Shown here: positions 18,888 to 28,300 of the stretch, piece by piece
Position numbering within the stretch: the first letter of the stretch is position 1
Layout of the letters: each line of letters opens with the position of its first letter
DNA from: Minisyncoccota bacterium
Lineage (GTDB): Bacteria > Patescibacteriota > Minisyncoccia > Phycocordibacterales > Phycocordibacteraceae
NCBI GenBank assembly: GCA_041658485.1
Contig: JBBAAE010000001.1
Span: 11,889 to 75,888, forward strand
Direction of reading: 5' to 3'
Length of the DNA stretch: 64,000 nucleotides
Made by a program: the position numbers and the translations under genes
Notes under the pieces: model-generated
Databases searched by the model: none
Told to the model about the DNA's origin: nothing
The model's input: the letters and a program-made list of their open reading frames with translations, nothing else

Positions 18888-20159
18888 TTAATATTCTCGT
18901 AAAGAAATTTGTGCTCCAATCTTACGCACCAAATCCAAGACGACTGATACAACAATGAGGAGCGCTGTACCGCCGATGGCAAGCGTACTAAGGCCCGTGA
19001 GAGATTGCATGATGAGCGGAAGAACGGCAACAACACCAAGAAACAATGCGCCAACCATAGTAATCCGCGTAATGACGGTGCCAAGATACTCTGCTGTTTG
19101 TACTCCTGGGCGTACCCCTGGCACAAACGCTCCGTTCTTCTGCAGATTGGTTGCGAGCATGTTTGGGTCAAAAGTAACTGCAGTGTAGAAGTATGTAAAG
19201 AGAAACACGAGGAGGAAATAAAACACTGCATAAATCACCGCACCACCACTCCACGAGAGAAGTGCGCTCGCAATTCCTGAAAGCCACACCACAGAAGATT
19301 TTGCTGCAAAATTCAAAAGGAGCTGAGGGAACAACAGAATGGAGAGGGCGAAAATAATAGGAATAACCCCTGCCTGATTTAAACGAAGCGGTAAGTAAGT
19401 AGAAACACCACCATACATTTTATTACCGCGAACTCTCTTTGCATATGTCACGGGGACTGGTCGTTCTGCTTCGGTCATGACCACAACGCCGTAGATAATA
19501 ACCAATGCTGCGATAACAAAGCCCATATAGAGAGGAATTTGCGCGGGGTTAAAGGAGAACAAAAGCTGTGCAAAATTCTGCGGAACGCTCGCAACGATAC
19601 CTGCAAAGATTATGAGCGACACACCATTACCAACACCAAACTCGGTCATAAGCTCTCCAATCCACATCAACAAGACCGAGCCTGCAGCTATGATAAGAAC
19701 ATTCAACATGAACGCCATGAGTGGAAGTTGGTCAACGATTCCCTGACTCTGGAATAAAGAGAGGTACGCGTAGCCTTGAATAAATGCGAGCGGAATAGAA
19801 AGTAATCGTGAGTACTGACTAAACTTCTTGCGTCCCTGATCTCCCTCCTCCTGATACATCATCTTCAACTTTGGGAACATGATGGTAAGAACTTGCATGA
19901 TGATGGACGCAGTGATGTATGGCGCAACACCGAGCATGACTATTGAAAGATTGGAAAGCCCTCCTCCTGAGAAAATATTGAGGAGACCAAGGAATTGATT
20001 ACTTGAAAAGAATTGCGAGAGACGCACCGGATCAATTCCTGGAATTGGTATCGTTGCGAGAAGTCTGAATACGGCAAGTGCCACAATGACAAAACCAATA
20101 CGCTTGAGAAGCATACCGTCGCTCAGAATGAGTTTGAGTTTTGCAAAGAATCCAGACAT
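18888..20159 (-). CDS. secY: Preprotein translocase subunit SecY
   Basis: 423 aa, ten transmembrane segments, SecY signature, follows rplO. Confidence 0.93.
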   Translation of the reverse strand: MSGFFAKLKLILSDGMLLKRIGFVIVALAVFRLLATIPIPGIDPVRLSQFFSSNQFLGLLNIFSGGGLSNLSIVMLGVAPYITASIIMQVLTIMFPKLKMMYQEEGDQGRKKFSQYSRLLSIPLAFIQGYAYLSLFQSQGIVDQLPLMAFMLNVLIIAAGSVLLMWIGELMTEFGVGNGVSLIIFAGIVASVPQNFAQLLFSFNPAQIPLYMGFVIAALVIIYGVVVMTEAERPVPVTYAKRVRGNKMYGGVSTYLPLRLNQAGVIPIIFALSILLFPQLLLNFAAKSSVVWLSGIASALLSWSGGAVIYAVFYFLLVFLFTYFYTAVTFDPNMLATNLQKNGAFVPGVRPGVQTAEYLGTVITRITMVGALFLGVVAVLPLIMQSLTGLSTLAIGGTALLIVVSVVLDLVRKIGAQISLREY

Positions 20160-20171
20160 GGTAACCAGTGT

Positions 20172-20681
20172 TTAGCTTTTAGCTTTTAGCGAAGAGACAG
20201 CTTTCTTAGAAGGCATAACCTTCTTTGAAACAGGGGCGCGGACAGCACCTCCTGCTTTCTCAATTGTAGCTCGTGCTACTTCAGAGATGAAAACATCCTC
20301 AAAAGAGAGCTTCACGGTGAGTTCACCTCGCGCAAGAACTTTTATTGGAGGAACCTTACCGGAAATGCGTCGTACAACTCCAGCCTTTACGAGTGCGATA
20401 GGAGTAACGATATCCCCTGCCTTAAATTGTCTTGAGAGCGTATCGAAGTTCACCGTAGCAAATCTAACGCGAGGGACTGCGGTTCGAGAACGATTTCTAC
20501 CATACCCACGGCGTTTTGGAATTTTCTTGATTATATCTCGCCATTCTGGACGAAATTTTGCGCCAGCGCGTGATTTCTGACCTTTAGCACCACGACCAGA
20601 TGTCTTACCTCGTTTTCCTCCACGACCAACACGACGGCTTGTCGCATTACTCTTTGTTCGTGCCAATGTGTGAAGTTCCAT
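20172..20681 (-). CDS. rplO: 50S ribosomal protein L15
   Basis: RRVGRGGKRGKTSGRGAKGQKSRAG. Confidence 0.9.
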   Translation of the reverse strand: MELHTLARTKSNATSRRVGRGGKRGKTSGRGAKGQKSRAGAKFRPEWRDIIKKIPKRRGYGRNRSRTAVPRVRFATVNFDTLSRQFKAGDIVTPIALVKAGVVRRISGKVPPIKVLARGELTVKLSFEDVFISEVARATIEKAGGAVRAPVSKKVMPSKKAVSSLKAKS

Positions 20682-20682
20682 A

Positions 20683-21306
20683 TTATTTCTTTAGACTTGA
20701 AAGTGCCTTAATGGTTGCTCGTGCAATGTTGAGTTTATTTTTAGATGGTGACAAAACTTTTGCCGTCACATCTTTAATTCCCGCTAGCTCCAAAACAATT
20801 TTAACTGCAGAGCCAGCCACAATACCGCGCTCAGGAGAAGGACGAATGGCAACTATCCCTGAAGATGTCTTTGCCATCACATCGTGTGCAATGCTCATGG
20901 TCTTTGTCATTCTGACAGTAATCATGTTCTTTTTTGCATCACGGAGAGCCTTCTCAATTGCAAGTGCTGTGTCCCCCCCTTTACCGATACCTATTCCTAC
21001 ACGACCTTTTCTGTCTCCTGCGGCAATAGCTGCAGAGAATGAAAAGCGTCTACCTCCTGCCATAACGCGAGCAACACGACGAATGAGGATGGTTCTCTGA
21101 TCAAATTCTGCTCGTTCACGAGGTTCACGCTTTCGGTCTCCCCCACGAGAAGGTCGGCGATCACCACCAGCGCCAGCGCCACCACGAACAGGCCTGCGAC
21201 CACGAGGAGCATTACCTGGCGCACGAGATGCGGGAGCAACAGGAGCCGATGCTGGAGTTGCGTCGGTTGTATTTTCAGATACTGGTGTGTTTTGTTCGTC
21301 GTTCAT
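20683..21306 (-). CDS. rpsE: 30S ribosomal protein S5 (with Arg/Gly-rich N-terminal extension)
   Basis: RVARVMAGGRRFSFSAAIAAGDRKGRVGIGIGKGGDTALAIEKA. It is directly followed by rplO, so no L30 gene lies between them. Confidence 0.9.
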   Translation of the reverse strand: MNDEQNTPVSENTTDATPASAPVAPASRAPGNAPRGRRPVRGGAGAGGDRRPSRGGDRKREPRERAEFDQRTILIRRVARVMAGGRRFSFSAAIAAGDRKGRVGIGIGKGGDTALAIEKALRDAKKNMITVRMTKTMSIAHDVMAKTSSGIVAIRPSPERGIVAGSAVKIVLELAGIKDVTAKVLSPSKNKLNIARATIKALSSLKK

Positions 21307-21328
21307 ATTCTAAAATGGTGAAGCTAGA

Positions 21329-21685
21329 TTAAAATTCCAATCCTCCAGCTCTCGCAGCTTCTGCTAATGCTCGGACGCGTCCCGTGTAGGTGAAGCCCCC
21401 TCGATCAAAGACAATCTTCTTTACGCCCTTTAAAAGTGCAGCTGCTGCAACGCGTTCACCGACAATTTTTGCATCCTCCATCATAGTCTTACCTTTCACA
21501 TCCATAGACGAAGCGCTTGCAATAGTGACCTGTTTATCATCATCAATGAGTTGTGCGTAGAAATATTTATTTGAACGAAATACAGCAAGACGAGGGCACG
21601 AAGCTGTGCCTTTTACCTTCGCACGGATACGGCGATGGCGACGAGCGCGAAGAGCAGATTGAGTTTTTGGAGTGAGTTTAGACAT
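21329..21685 (-). CDS. rplR: 50S ribosomal protein L18
   Basis: RRHRRIRAKVKGTASCPRLAVFRSNKYFYAQLIDD. Confidence 0.9.
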   Translation of the reverse strand: MSKLTPKTQSALRARRHRRIRAKVKGTASCPRLAVFRSNKYFYAQLIDDDKQVTIASASSMDVKGKTMMEDAKIVGERVAAAALLKGVKKIVFDRGGFTYTGRVRALAEAARAGGLEF

Positions 21686-21690
21686 ACAAA

Positions 21691-22227
21691 TTATGCAGAT
21701 GCTTTCTTACCTTGCTTACGGCGCACATACTCACCATCGTAACGAATCCCCTTACCTTTATATGGCTCAGGTTTCTTCACTGCACGAACAACTGCAGAAA
21801 ACTGACCTACTGCATCTTTATCAATACCACTCACCGTGATTTGGTTCTTCTCAACAACAACATCAATGCCCTCAGGGATTGCCAAAATTACTGGATGAGA
21901 AAATCCAACGAGGAATTTCATATTCCTTCCCTGCACTTCAACGCGGTACCCGATACCTTCAAGAGTTAATTTCTTTTCGTATTTCTTATTCACACCAGCA
22001 ATCATATTCTTGAGGTGAGATGCAAATGTTCCCCAGAGAGAGCGCGCAAGTTTTGAAGAATTCAAAGGCGCAACCGTTACGGCTTCACCTTCAACAGTTA
22101 CCGATACCATCGAGTGTACTGGTCGTGTTATTACGCCCAAAGGACCCTTCACAGTCAACACGCCCTCAGCAACTGAGATCTGCGTATTTGCTGGAATGGT
22201 GATTGGGTTTTTACCGATGCGTGACAT
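21691..22227 (-). CDS. rplF: 50S ribosomal protein L6
   Basis: MSRIGKNPITIPANTQISVAEGVLTVKGPLG. Confidence 0.9.
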   Translation of the reverse strand: MSRIGKNPITIPANTQISVAEGVLTVKGPLGVITRPVHSMVSVTVEGEAVTVAPLNSSKLARSLWGTFASHLKNMIAGVNKKYEKKLTLEGIGYRVEVQGRNMKFLVGFSHPVILAIPEGIDVVVEKNQITVSGIDKDAVGQFSAVVRAVKKPEPYKGKGIRYDGEYVRRKQGKKASA

Positions 22228-22254
22228 ATATATTTTTGTAGTGATTGTATTGGA

Positions 22255-22650
22255 TTACCAGATTTTGAAAAGCGTTTCTCCTCCGAGTCTATTTTGTCTC
22301 GCCTCACGATCAGTGACGATGCCCTGTGGTGTAGAAAGTACCATAAGTCCTTTGCCGTACTTCACAGGGAACACTTCGCGAGCTTTTGCATACAAACGGC
22401 GACCAGGCTTCGAAATTCTTTTAACGCCGTTGATTCTTGGAAGGCCTTCAGCATCGTAGAGCAATTCAACAACGAGAGTCTTATGAATCCCTGAACCTTC
22501 TTCAGAAACTTCACCAAGGTATCCCGACTTACGGAGTGCAAGTGCTACAGCAAGCTTGAGTTTGGAAAATGGCACAGCAACTGATGCTTTGCGCACCGCT
22601 GTGGCGTTTTTCAAACGAACAATGAAATCTCCAATAGGATCTGTAATCAT
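22255..22650 (-). CDS. rpsH: 30S ribosomal protein S8
   Basis: MITDPIGDFIVRLKNA...GIVTDREARQNRLGGETL. Confidence 0.9.
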   Translation of the reverse strand: MITDPIGDFIVRLKNATAVRKASVAVPFSKLKLAVALALRKSGYLGEVSEEGSGIHKTLVVELLYDAEGLPRINGVKRISKPGRRLYAKAREVFPVKYGKGLMVLSTPQGIVTDREARQNRLGGETLFKIW

Positions 22651-22674
22651 GATGAAATTATTGCTGTGGATGAA

Positions 22675-22944
22675 TTACCAAGAAGACTTCTTAACACCTG
22701 GGATCTCCCCTCGGCGTGCCATCTCACGAAACTGAATACGAGAAAGACCGAAATGACGCATATAACCCTGACCACGGCCAGTAACCGCGCAACGATTCTT
22801 CACACGAATCGGTGAAGCATCTTTAGGAAGCTTTTGAAGTGCTTCCCAGTCTCCTGCCTTTTTCAAGGTAGCGCGCTTCACAGCAAAACGAGCGACCGTC
22901 TTGATACGCTTAGAATTACGAGCTAGTTGTGATTTTTTTGCCAT
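22675..22944 (-). CDS. rpsN: 30S ribosomal protein S14
   Basis: 89 aa, [13 protein letters not shown]...[39 protein letters not shown]. Confidence 0.85.
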   Translation of the reverse strand: MAKKSQLARNSKRIKTVARFAVKRATLKKAGDWEALQKLPKDASPIRVKNRCAVTGRGQGYMRHFGLSRIQFREMARRGEIPGVKKSSW

Positions 22945-23223
22945 TTTTTAGAATTCCTCTGAAAATCGCGATCTGCTTTGTTGCAGGATTCGAGCATGCC
23001 AGAGTCGTCGTATGATGCATACGCCTCCCGACCTGTTCTTCCTGCGCCTCGCATATCATCGATTTGCAAAGGACTTTGGGGAACCGTCGCTTTCGTCCAT
23101 TTGGACCAGAGCGGGGTATTCGCCTTTTTGAGCCTTCTTCCGTATCCCGAGGGCCGAGACCTTAAAGAAAAAGCGCTTCGAAAAGCTTTTTCAAGAATAG
23201 CAGAAAGGAACTGAGAGGTCAAA

Positions 23224-23634
23224 TTATGCTCCACCTCCTACAATAGGCTTCCCGGCATCTGGTCCTCCAGTAAAATCTTTAAGATCGCCAGACCTTACAG
23301 TAACAAACAATTCCCCACCCATTGGTACCTCTCTATCAGTTTCAATGAGAATACCGTAACTAACACCTTTCAGTTGACTCAAAACAGCCTCAAGGGCCTT
23401 GTAACCTGCCGTCTCTCGTATTTGACTTGGAGAAAGACCAAGAAATGCTAATTCTCTCCGGGCAAGAACTACACCGCTCTTCTCCCCTGTGGCAGCAAGA
23501 GCTTTTTCGACTTGTGTTCCCAAACGAGAAGCCATGAGCTTCAAAGAACGATCGATAGTATCGAGTGCCCCACGAAGCACAGGGGCCTCTAATATTTTCC
23601 TCCCATTGTCAGGAGATGAAATAGCTTCACCCAT
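23224..23634 (-). CDS. Hypothetical protein inserted between rpsN and rplE
   Basis: The track ORF runs 23224-23712; the likely start is the internal Met (MGEAISS...), since the upstream 26 codons look non-coding. About 136 aa, no family recognised, a Gly-rich C-terminus GGPDAGKPIVGGGA. Confidence 0.4.
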   Translation of the reverse strand: MGEAISSPDNGRKILEAPVLRGALDTIDRSLKLMASRLGTQVEKALAATGEKSGVVLARRELAFLGLSPSQIRETAGYKALEAVLSQLKGVSYGILIETDREVPMGGELFVTVRSGDLKDFTGGPDAGKPIVGGGA

Positions 23635-23882
23635 ATATTTACAGTATGTGTGAAATGAAAAATCTGTCAATAAATTAACAAAAACAAACAAGAAAGTGCC
23701 CTCCTTATCCAATTATCCAAATTTTTAAGTTCCAATTATTTGTTGGGCTTCGGAACAAGAAAAGGTCCCGGAAGGGGCTTACCAGTAAGTCCAAGACCTT
23801 TGAGTAATGCCGCTACATCTTCTTTTGGAGGAACAGGAAAAGAAGTCGAGCTTTCGTACGCCATAAGAACTAAAAAACAAAC

Positions 23883-24446
23883 TTAAACTGCTTCCTGAAG
23901 TGGAACCCCAATGTGGCGGAAGAAGGCCTCTGCCTGCTTTGCGTCTTTTGCGGTCGTGACGATGGTGATAGCAAGGCCAAACACATCTTTCAACTCTTCG
24001 TCTGAAGTCTCAGGGAAAATAGTGTGCTCTTTGATACCAAGCGTGATGTTACCAAGTGAATCAATCGCTTTTGCAGAGAGTCCACGGAAGTCACGGGTAC
24101 GAGGAAGAGAGATATGAACAAGTTTGTCCAAGAAATCATACATGCGAGCACCACGGAGTGTTACTTGGTAACCTACAGGATCCCCTTCACGAACCTTGAA
24201 TGAAGCAACTGATTTCTTTGCACCACGAACCGCTGCTTTTTGACCAGTAATCAAAGCAAGTCTGTCTTCAATGACTTCAATTTTCTTTTTATCTTTTATC
24301 TTTCCAATACCTGTTGAAATAACCACCTTCACAAGGTGTGGTGCTTGAAAGACATTCTTGTAACCAAAATCCCCCTTTAGGGTTTTGAATGCGCTTTTTT
24401 CTTGTGTACGAACTGATTGCATATATTTTTTATACTTCTGAACCAC
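23883..24446 (-). CDS. rplE: 50S ribosomal protein L5
   Basis: DFGYKNVFQAPHLVKVVISTGIGK...FLDKLVHISLPRTRDFRGL. Confidence 0.9.
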   Translation of the reverse strand: MVQKYKKYMQSVRTQEKSAFKTLKGDFGYKNVFQAPHLVKVVISTGIGKIKDKKKIEVIEDRLALITGQKAAVRGAKKSVASFKVREGDPVGYQVTLRGARMYDFLDKLVHISLPRTRDFRGLSAKAIDSLGNITLGIKEHTIFPETSDEELKDVFGLAITIVTTAKDAKQAEAFFRHIGVPLQEAV

Positions 24447-24732
24447 TCTTAACGGCTACGCGGACACGCTTATCTCCCTTCATTTTAATCGAAATACGAG
24501 TACCCTTGCCTGACTTTGGATCAACGAGCATTGCATTTGATACATGAAACGGCATCGACATATCAACAATCTGACCTTTTTTGTTGCCACGAGGTTTCTG
24601 ATGCTTCTTCTTCATATTCAAACCTTCCACAATAATTTTACTTACCGCTGGAAGCGCTCTCGTTACCGTGCCTGTCTTACCTTTATCCTTGCCGGTAATG
24701 ATTATGACTTTATCTCCTTTTCTTATTTTCAT
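24430..24732 (-). CDS. rplX: 50S ribosomal protein L24
   Basis: MKIRKGDKVIIITGKDKGKTGTV. Confidence 0.9.
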   Translation of the reverse strand: MKIRKGDKVIIITGKDKGKTGTVTRALPAVSKIIVEGLNMKKKHQKPRGNKKGQIVDMSMPFHVSNAMLVDPKSGKGTRISIKMKGDKRVRVAVKSGSEV

Positions 24733-24785
24733 ATTGTTTTTGTTTTTGTGTTTTTCTTCTCTCCTCCCTAAAAGCTAAAAGCTTC

Positions 24786-25166
24786 TTATACTACTTCTGG
24801 CGCAAGAGAGCCAATCTTCTGATATCCCAAATCGACGATTTCGCGAGGGATTGGACCGAAGACACGATTTGCCTTTGGTTCAAAAGGATCTTTTGCATTC
24901 TTTGAAAGAATCACCACAGCATTATCATCGAAGCGAATATAGGAACCATCAACACGACGGAATGTCTTTCTTTGTCGAACTACTACCGCAGTCAATACAT
25001 CTTTTTTCTTAACCATTTTTCGTGGTTCAGCAGACTGCACAGAAAGCACTACTCTGTCGCCAATCTGAGCAATAGTTTTTTTGGAACCACCAAGCACTTT
25101 GAAAATGCGTCCAACCTTTCCGCCGGTGTTATCTGCAATGATGACGAGTGAGCGATCTTGAATCAT
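24786..25166 (-). CDS. rplN: 50S ribosomal protein L14
   Basis: MIQDRSLVIIADNTGGKVGRIFKVLGG. Confidence 0.92.
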   Translation of the reverse strand: MIQDRSLVIIADNTGGKVGRIFKVLGGSKKTIAQIGDRVVLSVQSAEPRKMVKKKDVLTAVVVRQRKTFRRVDGSYIRFDDNAVVILSKNAKDPFEPKANRVFGPIPREIVDLGYQKIGSLAPEVV

Positions 25167-25402
25167 ATAACTATGAAATGTTTATTCTTCGACATTGGGC
25201 GACATGGCTGAATGGTGACGCGCTCTCCTTCTTTCTTTGTATTCCCTGCGTCATGCGCAAGATACTTCTTTGTTTTCTTCACATACTTTTTATACTTTGA
25301 ATCCTTCACATAGCGATTTACAGCAACCGTTATCGTGTCTTTCATTTTTGTGGATACGACCACGCCGGTGAGTGTTTTCTGATTTTTTGTGTTTGTTTCC
25401 AT
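25163..25402 (-). CDS. rpsQ: 30S ribosomal protein S17
   Basis: KTLTGVVVSTKMKDTITVAVNRYVKDSKYKKYVKKTKKYLAHD. Confidence 0.9.
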   Translation of the reverse strand: METNTKNQKTLTGVVVSTKMKDTITVAVNRYVKDSKYKKYVKKTKKYLAHDAGNTKKEGERVTIQPCRPMSKNKHFIVI

Positions 25403-25407
25403 ATAGT

Positions 25408-25596
25408 TTATGCCTCTCTTTCTGCCATGACTAGCTTAATACGGGCGATGTCGGCACGAATTCCGCGAGCCTTGCGGACATTCTTAGTGCGTGATCCCGA
25501 CATACCAAAACGAAATTCACGAAGCTCAATTTCGAGCTCACCAAGAGCCTTCATAAGCTCACTATCAGTCTTCTTCCTAACATCTATAGCTTTCAT
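25408..25596 (-). CDS. rpmC: 50S ribosomal protein L29
   Basis: MKAIDVRKKTDSELMKALGELEIELREFRF. Confidence 0.85.
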   Translation of the reverse strand: MKAIDVRKKTDSELMKALGELEIELREFRFGMSGSRTKNVRKARGIRADIARIKLVMAEREA

Positions 25597-25604
25597 ATGC
25601 AAAT

Positions 25605-26024
25605 TTAGTGGCGAGCAATTACGGTCGTTTTAACTGACAATTTAGTTGCAGCTTTGCGAAGCGCTTCTCTCGCAATCGCATCAGTAACACCGTCGATTTC
25701 AAAGAGAATTCTGCCTGGCTTTACCTCAACAACAAAACGGTATGGGTCACCCTTACCCTTACCCATCGGCAATTCCCCTCCCTTCTTCGTATCAGGACGG
25801 TCAGGAAATACACGGATCCACACACGGCCAGTTTTACCGAGAAGTCGTGCTCCCGCTCGACGAGCAGCCTCAAGCTGATTTGATGAAATACGATCAGAGG
25901 TAAGCGCTTTCAACCCATGAGAACCGAAGGCAAGCGTAATACCACGCGTTGCGACCTGCTTCTTGTTAGGGTTTACGCGTGAGCGTTGCCACTTTCTATA
26001 TTTAACTTTTTTTGGAAACAACAT
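25605..26024 (-). CDS. rplP: 50S ribosomal protein L16
   Basis: MLFPKKVKYRKWQRSR...GKGKGDPYRFVVEVKPGRILFEIDGV. Confidence 0.92.
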   Translation of the reverse strand: MLFPKKVKYRKWQRSRVNPNKKQVATRGITLAFGSHGLKALTSDRISSNQLEAARRAGARLLGKTGRVWIRVFPDRPDTKKGGELPMGKGKGDPYRFVVEVKPGRILFEIDGVTDAIAREALRKAATKLSVKTTVIARH

Positions 26025-26030
26025 AAAAAT

Positions 26031-26711
26031 TTATACCTTTGGACGTGACGCATCATCAGCGAAAATATCGCCACGATAAATCCAAACCTTAACGCCGATT
26101 TTGCCCAAAGGAAGTTGTGCTGCTATCTGCGCATAATCAATGTCTGCGCGGAATGTCTGAAGAGGGATACGTCCACGCTTCAATTCTTCAGTGCGTGACA
26201 TAGAGCCTGAACCGAGCATGCCAGCAACAGCAATACGCACACCCTTCACATCCCTATTTGCCATAACCTTATCAATGGTCTGTTTCAAAACACGGCGGAA
26301 AGGAAGGCGCTTCTCGAGACTCTCTACCACCATACCTGCAACAATTGCTGCATTAGATTCAGGAGATCTGACTTCAATAACATCAAGGTGAAGCGCGGGC
26401 ACTGACGAAAGCTTCATGCTTTTGAGCATTTGGTGCAAATCCTTTTTCAATTTTGTTGCACCTTCACCTGAGCGACCAATAACCATACCTGGACGTGCTG
26501 TGTGAATCTGGACGCGCAAATCTTTTTGGGAACGCTCAATTTCAACATGCGACACATAGCTTCCACGAAGGCGCTTTGTCAAAAATTGACGAATCATGGC
26601 GTCAGTGCGAATGAATTCACGGTTCTTTTTTGCAGAACCAGCAAACCAACGACTCTGCCAATCCCTAAGGATGCCGAGACGGTGCGCGTATGGATGAACG
26701 ATTTTTGTCAT
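26031..26711 (-). CDS. rpsC: 30S ribosomal protein S3
   Basis: MTKIVHPYAHRLGILRDWQSRWFA, KH domain. Confidence 0.92.
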   Translation of the reverse strand: MTKIVHPYAHRLGILRDWQSRWFAGSAKKNREFIRTDAMIRQFLTKRLRGSYVSHVEIERSQKDLRVQIHTARPGMVIGRSGEGATKLKKDLHQMLKSMKLSSVPALHLDVIEVRSPESNAAIVAGMVVESLEKRLPFRRVLKQTIDKVMANRDVKGVRIAVAGMLGSGSMSRTEELKRGRIPLQTFRADIDYAQIAAQLPLGKIGVKVWIYRGDIFADDASRPKV

Positions 26712-26713
26712 AA

Positions 26714-27055
26714 TTATTTTTTCTTCTTTGGCTTTGCTTTCCCTAAAGTCACTGTTATATGGCTCATTCTATGGCGAATTGGGGACGAACGACCAAATGC
26801 ACGAGGCATCGAGCGCATAGCAACCAAACCTTTATTGACCGTAATATTTTGAACAACGAGAGTTCTTCCGTCTTCGCCTTGCTTCTCAGCGTTTGCGACA
26901 GCAGAAGAAATGAGTTTTGCCATGGGACCTGCGGCGCGCTTATCCAAGAACTTCAGTGCAAGAAGCGCTTCCTCAATGCCCTTACCCTTCACAAGCTCAG
27001 TAACGAGTCTGGTTTTTCGTGGAGTCTGCTTGTAATTGGAAAGTGTCGCCTTCAT
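26714..27055 (-). CDS. rplV: 50S ribosomal protein L22
   Basis: QTPRKTRLVTELVKGKGIEEALLALKF. Confidence 0.9.
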   Translation of the reverse strand: MKATLSNYKQTPRKTRLVTELVKGKGIEEALLALKFLDKRAAGPMAKLISSAVANAEKQGEDGRTLVVQNITVNKGLVAMRSMPRAFGRSSPIRHRMSHITVTLGKAKPKKKK

Positions 27056-27080
27056 ATGCTGATTCTAGGGGTATCAAAAA

Positions 27081-27440
27081 TTACTTCTTTGCGGGAGCCT
27101 TAGCTTTACCGTCGGCTGGAGACTTAGCTGCTTGGGCTGCTGCAATTTCAGATTCTTTCTTCTTCTGCTCAAGTTCTTTCTGCATCTTACCTCCGTGACG
27201 AGTAAATTTCGTTGTTGATGAAAATTCACCAAGACGATGCCCTACCATTTCTTCTGTAACAAATACCTCAGGGAAATCCTTTCCGTTATGGACAAGAAAA
27301 ACAAAACCAACCATTTCAGGACTGATTTCAGATGCACGAGCCCATGTTTTAATAGGCGCCGTTGTTGCAGGCTTCTTGCCTTCAATCTTCTTTAGAAGCT
27401 TGTGGGCGACATACGGACCTTTTTTAAGTGAACGAGACAT
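27081..27440 (-). CDS. rpsS: 30S ribosomal protein S19 with Lys/Ala-rich C-terminal tail
   Basis: [20 protein letters not shown]...[26 protein letters not shown]. Confidence 0.9.
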   Translation of the reverse strand: MSRSLKKGPYVAHKLLKKIEGKKPATTAPIKTWARASEISPEMVGFVFLVHNGKDFPEVFVTEEMVGHRLGEFSSTTKFTRHGGKMQKELEQKKKESEIAAAQAAKSPADGKAKAPAKK

Positions 27441-27538
27441 TGTTGTAGTTTTGACCCAAATGAAGTGCGCACTAAGAAAAATGCGCCCTTACGAGCTTTG
27501 GGCATACTATCCCAATCACCCACTCACTGTCAACATCA

Positions 27539-27566
27539 TTTGTGCAACCTCCGGAGGTTGCACAAA
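27539..27566. repeat. Perfect 28-nt palindrome TTTGTGCAACCTCCGGAGGTTGCACAAA
   Basis: Read in sequence, 21 nt beyond the stop of the Y1 transposase gene. It recurs at 28301-28334. Confidence 0.85.
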
Positions 27567-27587
27567 TGACATATCGTATAAAAAAAA

Positions 27588-28286
27588 TTACAAAATAATA
27601 ATGCCTTCAAGCTCCTCAGCTAAAAGTTTTTTGTTGGTTGTTTTAACAAAATCAGCGTAATTACTTTTTGCTGTTATGGCAAACTGCCCTGTAATGATTT
27701 CGGGCACTATGAGTCCTCCCCATCGGTTTGCATCAGTAAAATCTTGGAGCGACGACCAAGGATATTCAAATTCCTTTCCTGACCATTCTCGTGTATCACG
27801 AGGGTTTCTATGAATGTAGGCGGATGTGTAGAGAAGTTGAGAGTCTGTCTTTACATGCACCGCTTTATACGGACCCTGAAATACATGCCCAGTGGCGTCA
27901 TATTTAACATTATAATATTTTGTATATCCATCAGACACACGTTGCATATAGCGTGCGATTCCACCTTCAATAGTTTCTTTGACCAGTAAGTGAAAATGGT
28001 TGGACATCAGACAAAAACAAACCACTTCTACAAAACGACTCTCGATAATGGACTCGATATCTTCGTTAGGAACAGAAAAACCAATATCCGGAACAAAACT
28101 TTCCGTAATGCGATGTATATTTTTAAACTCGTGCGGGGATTGGAGAAACAGCACATTAAAAAGGAATCGCCGCCAATCGTTTTTTTCTTTAAAAACCGTT
28201 TGTCGGTGAGCTCCGCGATTAAAAATATGGTAGTACTCCCCTGGAGCAATTCCTTCTCGCGATTTTAGTAATACTTTAGGCATCAA
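27588..28286 (-). CDS. IS200/IS605-family (REP-associated tyrosine transposase, RAYT-like) Y1 transposase
   Basis: 232 aa. EYYHIFNRGAHRQTVF opening block, CLMSNHFHLLVKE (HuH motif), GHVFQGPYKAVHV with the catalytic Tyr region. This is the typical Y1_Tnp / RAYT layout. Confidence 0.75.
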   Translation of the reverse strand: MMPKVLLKSREGIAPGEYYHIFNRGAHRQTVFKEKNDWRRFLFNVLFLQSPHEFKNIHRITESFVPDIGFSVPNEDIESIIESRFVEVVCFCLMSNHFHLLVKETIEGGIARYMQRVSDGYTKYYNVKYDATGHVFQGPYKAVHVKTDSQLLYTSAYIHRNPRDTREWSGKEFEYPWSSLQDFTDANRWGGLIVPEIITGQFAITAKSNYADFVKTTNKKLLAEELEGIIIL

Positions 28287-28300
28287 TGTAGACTAACACG

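Noticed and set aside
20161-20190. tagcttttagcttttagcg looked like another copy of the intergenic repeat family
   Set aside because: It lies inside the rplO coding sequence and encodes the C-terminal ...SSLKAKS* of L15. It is not an intergenic element.
22923-23234. 103-aa minus-strand ORF spanning the rpsN-upstream spacer
   Set aside because: It overlaps the rpsN 5' end out of frame and has no homology. It reads as a chance ORF in a non-coding spacer. The spacer itself is reported as a finding instead.
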